A stretch of 10,206 nucleotides of DNA, from positions 1 to 10,206 of the forward strand of contig JBDLKA010000119.1 in assembly GCA_039714075.1 (NCBI GenBank), given 5' to 3'. The notes under the pieces were generated by a model, which was not told the origin of the DNA, made no database searches, and saw only the letters and a list, made by a program, of their open reading frames with translations. Below, piece after piece: positions 7,212 to 10,206 of this stretch. Position numbers and translations under genes: made by a program. Source of the stretch: Candidatus Krumholzibacteriota bacterium. Its GTDB lineage: Bacteria; Krumholzibacteriota; Krumholzibacteriia; LZORAL124-64-63. The stretch's first letter is position 1. Each line of letters opens with the position of its first letter.

Positions 7212-7865
7212 TCAGAAGGCCCGGCGGAACTGGAAAGCCCGCTGGAGGGTCACCTCGTCGATGTAGGCCAGGGCGCCGCCGACGGGAATCCCCGTGGCCA
7301 GCCGCGTCAGTTGGAGATCCCGGCCCGCAAACAGCCGCTGCAGGTACAGGGCGGTGGTTTCCCCCTCCACGCTGGCGTCCAGGGCGATGATCACCTCGGT
7401 CACGCCGTCCTGCTCCAGGCGGGCGGCCAGGCGGTCGAAGGGCAGGTCCTCGGCCCGGACACCGTCCAGGGGCGACAGCAGGCCGCCCATCACGAAATAG
7501 CGTCCGCGGAAAAAGCCGGCTTTTTCAAAGGGCAGGATATCGATGGGGCTGGCGACGATGCAGATCTGGCTCTTGTCCCGGCGTTCGGACCGGCAGATGC
7601 GGCAGGGATCCGCTTCGGTGATGGCGCCGCAGGTCGAGCAATTGGTCACCTGGCTGCGGGCCTCGGTCACCGCGGCGACGAGTTCCTCGGCCGGACCGGC
7701 CCCGTCTTCACGACCGACCAGATGCAGGGCCAGCCGCGTGGCGGACTTGCGCCCCAGACCGGGCAGCCTGCTGAGGCTCTTGACCAGACGTTCGAGGGCC
7801 GGGGACTGGAATTCCCCGCCGTCTCCGTTTCCCAAACCATTCGCGCGGTCCGGTTTCACCGTCAA
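7212..7865 (-). CDS. recR: Recombination mediator RecR (start uncertain: TTG 7865 or GTG 7859)
   Basis: HhH motif LSRLPGLGRKSATRLA, Zn finger CSTC...CRIC, Toprim motifs GLLSPLDGV, VEGETTALYL, TRLATGIPVGG, YIDEVTL; follows ybaB. Confidence 0.95.
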   Translation of the reverse strand: MTVKPDRANGLGNGDGGEFQSPALERLVKSLSRLPGLGRKSATRLALHLVGREDGAGPAEELVAAVTEARSQVTNCSTCGAITEADPCRICRSERRDKSQICIVASPIDILPFEKAGFFRGRYFVMGGLLSPLDGVRAEDLPFDRLAARLEQDGVTEVIIALDASVEGETTALYLQRLFAGRDLQLTRLATGIPVGGALAYIDEVTLQRAFQFRRAF

Positions 7866-8185
7866 CCCATACCGGGAAGATTCATGCCCGGCAGGTTCAT
7901 GCCGCCGGCCACGGAGCCCATTTCCTTTTCCACCATGGCGTCGACGTTCTTGGCGCCTTCGTTGACCGCCGCGACGATCAGGTCCTGCAGGAACTCGATA
8001 TCATCCGGGTCCAGGGATTCCGGAGCGATCTCGATGCTCTTGAGGCGATGCTTGCCGTTCATGACGACCTTGATCTGCCCGCCGCCGACCTCGGCGCTGA
8101 CTTCCTTGGTCTCGAGTTCGGACTGGGCCTGGGCCATTTTGGCCTGCATCTGCTGGGCCTGCTTCATCAACTTGTTGATGTCCAT
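7862..8185 (-). CDS. ybaB: YbaB/EbfC family nucleoid-associated protein
   Basis: MDINKLMKQAQQMQAKM, GGGQIKVVMNG, DIEFLQDLIVAAVNEG; 107 aa, between dnaX and recR, with a GGAGG RBS. Confidence 0.95.
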   Translation of the reverse strand: MDINKLMKQAQQMQAKMAQAQSELETKEVSAEVGGGQIKVVMNGKHRLKSIEIAPESLDPDDIEFLQDLIVAAVNEGAKNVDAMVEKEMGSVAGGMNLPGMNLPGMG

Positions 8186-8206
8186 GTTTCCTCCCGGAAT
8201 GTTGTC

Positions 8207-9979
8207 TCACTTGTCGGTGGGGTCCCAACGTTCACGTTCGCTGTCGGGCAGGGGTTGGCCGCCCATCATGTCCACCAGATCGCCGAGGGACTTGTCCTGC
8301 TTGCAGGCCTTGTCCAGTTCTTCCCGGTGGGTGGGGGCCACTTCCTGCCGGATTTCCTCTTTCACGTCATCGACCTGGCCCTGTTCCCCCATCACCAGTT
8401 CGACCCGCAACCGGCGTCCCCACAGGTTGTTGATCTGGTCCTCGATGGTCGCGCATTCGGCCGCGATGCTGGTGACCTGGAATTTCTTGTCCTCGGAGAA
8501 GCAGACCCGCAGGCACTTGCCCCCCTTCTCCAGGCTGGGCAGGCCGTTCATCAGGCAGGATCCCAGACGGGGATTCTGTTTCATCAGCAGGTCGATCAGG
8601 TCCGTCCAGCCGGGCACCGCCGCGTCGGCGGCCGTCATGTCCGGGGCCGCGGTCTGGCGGGCCGGACGGGCGGACGCTCCACGTGAGGATCCACGTGAAG
8701 ATCCACGTGAGGATTCACGCGCGGGTCCCCGGGCGGATCCCTGTGCAGGCCGTTGGGCAGGCCTTTCGGCAGGTCTTTGGGCCGCCGCGGGTTTCGCATC
8801 CCGGGCCACGCCGCCGCCGGCAAGCCCCCCGGCCGCCGAGCCGGGACCGAGGGTCTCCAGCCGCCGCGCCAGATCGGCCAGCAGCACCCTGGATTCGAAC
8901 CGGCAATATTCCACCAGCGAAGCCTCCAGAAGTATCCGGGGCTGCGTGCTGCGGTGGATGGTTTCGAAATGGCGGCTGGCGCGATCGATCAACGCCAGCA
9001 GGTCCTGCTCCTGGAAGTGCGCGGCCTGGCCGCCCAGGGACTGGACCTGGTCCTCGGGCAGATCCACCAGGGGCGCGAGTTCGGGATCGATCTTCAGCAG
9101 CATGAGATTGCGGAAATTGGTGACCACGCCCCGGGCGAAGGCGTCGAGGCTCTGCCCGCTGGCGGCGAGATCATCGACCAGCCGCAGGGCGCGCGCCGGG
9201 TCCCGGGCGACAATCGCCTCGTTCAATTCGATGAACAGTTCGGAGCGGACCAACCCGAAGGCGGCCACCACGGCCGCCTCGTCGATGACGTCGTCCGCCC
9301 CGGCGACCACCTGGTCCAGCAGGCTCTGGCCGTCCCGCATGCTGCCTTCTGCCAGGGACACCAGGAGCCGCAACCCCGTCGGCTCCATGGCCACTCCCTC
9401 GGAGGCGGCGATCTCGGTCAGGCGTCCGGCCAGCTCATCCCGGCTCAGCAGACGGAAATCGAACCGTTGGCACCGGCTCAGGATGGTCCGGGGAATCTTG
9501 TTGGGCTCGGTGGTGGCGAAGAAGAAAAAGACCCGGGCCGGGGGTTCCTCCAGGATCTTCAACAGGGCGTTGAAGGCCCCCTTGGACAACATGTGGACTT
9601 CGTCGATGATGAAGACCCGGCTGCTGCCCTCGCTGGGCGAGTACTGGGCCATTTCCCGCAGCTCGCGGATATTGTCCACGCCCGTATTGCTGGCCGCGTC
9701 TATTTCCAGGACATCCAGGTAATTCCCCCGGGCGATGGCCAGGCAGGTCTCGCATTCGCCGCAGGGATCGCCTTCGCGGTTGGCCAGGCAGTTGATGGCC
9801 TTGGCCAGCAGGCGGGCCACGGTGGTCTTGCCGCAACCGCGAGGCCCGGAAAACAGGTAGGCGTGGCTGAGCTTGTCCTTGCGCAGGGCGGCCCGCAGCG
9901 TGCCGGTCACGTGGGTCTGGCCCACCACCTGGGCAAAGGTCTCCGGACGGTATTTGCGGGCAAGGGCTTGGTAGGACAT
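8207..9979 (-). CDS. dnaX: DNA polymerase III subunit gamma/tau
   Basis: MSYQALARKYRP, HAYLFSGPRGCGKTT (Walker A), Zn cysteines C...PCGECETC, EIDAASN, IIDEVHML, LEEPP, TILSRCQ, GSMRD; GGAG RBS. Confidence 0.98.
   Translation of the reverse strand: MSYQALARKYRPETFAQVVGQTHVTGTLRAALRKDKLSHAYLFSGPRGCGKTTVARLLAKAINCLANREGDPCGECETCLAIARGNYLDVLEIDAASNTGVDNIRELREMAQYSPSEGSSRVFIIDEVHMLSKGAFNALLKILEEPPARVFFFFATTEPNKIPRTILSRCQRFDFRLLSRDELAGRLTEIAASEGVAMEPTGLRLLVSLAEGSMRDGQSLLDQVVAGADDVIDEAAVVAAFGLVRSELFIELNEAIVARDPARALRLVDDLAASGQSLDAFARGVVTNFRNLMLLKIDPELAPLVDLPEDQVQSLGGQAAHFQEQDLLALIDRASRHFETIHRSTQPRILLEASLVEYCRFESRVLLADLARRLETLGPGSAAGGLAGGGVARDAKPAAAQRPAERPAQRPAQGSARGPARESSRGSSRGSSRGASARPARQTAAPDMTAADAAVPGWTDLIDLLMKQNPRLGSCLMNGLPSLEKGGKCLRVCFSEDKKFQVTSIAAECATIEDQINNLWGRRLRVELVMGEQGQVDDVKEEIRQEVAPTHREELDKACKQDKSLGDLVDMMGGQPLPDSERERWDPTDK
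8678..8782 (-). repeat. Two short 12-bp tandem arrays in the dnaX linker
   Basis: + strand tccacgtgagga/tccacgtgaaga/tccacgtgagga at 8678-8713 (SSRG x3) and gcaggccgttgg/gcaggcctttcg/gcaggtctttgg at 8745-8780 (AQRP-AERP-AQRP). Confidence 0.88.
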
Positions 9980-10024
9980 GCTGCTCCACTCAGAGTGTTG
10001 GGACCGCGCTCGGGGTGAAAGAGG

Positions 10025-10033
10025 AATCTACCA
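10025..10033 (-). promoter_or_regulatory. Possible extended -10 element for dnaX
   Basis: - strand TGGTAGATT (TGnTAnnnT), 45 nt upstream of the dnaX ATG; no recognisable -35. Confidence 0.3.
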
Positions 10034-10109
10034 TATGACGGGGCGGGACCCGACCATGTTTTTCGGGGATCCGGACGGCGGGCGCGCGGGACCGGGGAAA
10101 AAGAAAGGT

Positions 10110-10206
10110 GGGCCAGGCTGGCGGCGCACACGTCGAAGGGAACGTACCGCTGCTACTTTCCAGTCCTGACGGAGTTAGTGCTCCGGCGTCACGCCGGGCC
10201 TGACCC
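10110..10206 (-). ncRNA. ffs: Signal recognition particle RNA (4.5S); 5' end at or just beyond the window edge
   Basis: - strand CCGT-CAGG-ACT-GGAA-AGT-AGCA-GCGG forms helix 8 with the symmetric CAGG/AGCA loop and a GNRA tetraloop. Terminal stem GGGTCAGGC/GCCTGGCCC is followed by a U-rich tail. A position upstream of dnaX is a known synteny. Confidence 0.92.

Noticed and set aside
8635..8906. Possible programmed frameshift in dnaX producing a gamma subunit (short alternative-frame ORFs in the linker)
   Set aside because: No A_AAA_AAG heptamer or long A run. CCCAAAG and AAACCCG occur but not in the X_XXY_YYZ phase, and the G6 run at 8825-8830 is too weak to support a claim.
7032..9722. 896-aa + strand ORF
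   Set aside because: Antisense shadow of dnaX/ybaB/recR. It is Ser/Arg/Pro-rich with no recognisable motifs, and long stop-free antisense frames are expected in GC-rich, codon-biased DNA.
9907..10169. Small ORFs 9907-10131 (-) and 9978-10169 (+) upstream of dnaX
   Set aside because: They overlap the SRP RNA and the dnaX start and show no coding signature.

Overview
High-GC bacterial chromosomal core region; every credible gene lies on the minus strand. In transcription order (right to left): SRP (4.5S/ffs) RNA, dnaX, ybaB/ebfC, recR, mglB, mglA, an intrinsic terminator, then pgpA, cinA, thpR (2H phosphoesterase), recA, recX, rmlD/rfbD and gmhA (truncated at the window edge). It joins two known conserved blocks: dnaX-ybaB-recR-mglBA, as in myxobacteria and relatives, and pgpA-cinA-thpR-recA-recX. 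I see no mobile element, CRISPR array or defence system, and I cannot support a wholly new system. The best second-look signals are regulatory and micro-structural: a sigma28/FliA-like promoter upstream of mglBA, a triplicated 10-bp GGTTC repeat over the recA ribosome-binding site, 12-bp tandem expansions in RecA and DnaX, a variant SRP RNA, and a perfect 18-bp palindrome in recR. All calls come from motif recognition by eye; no searches were run.
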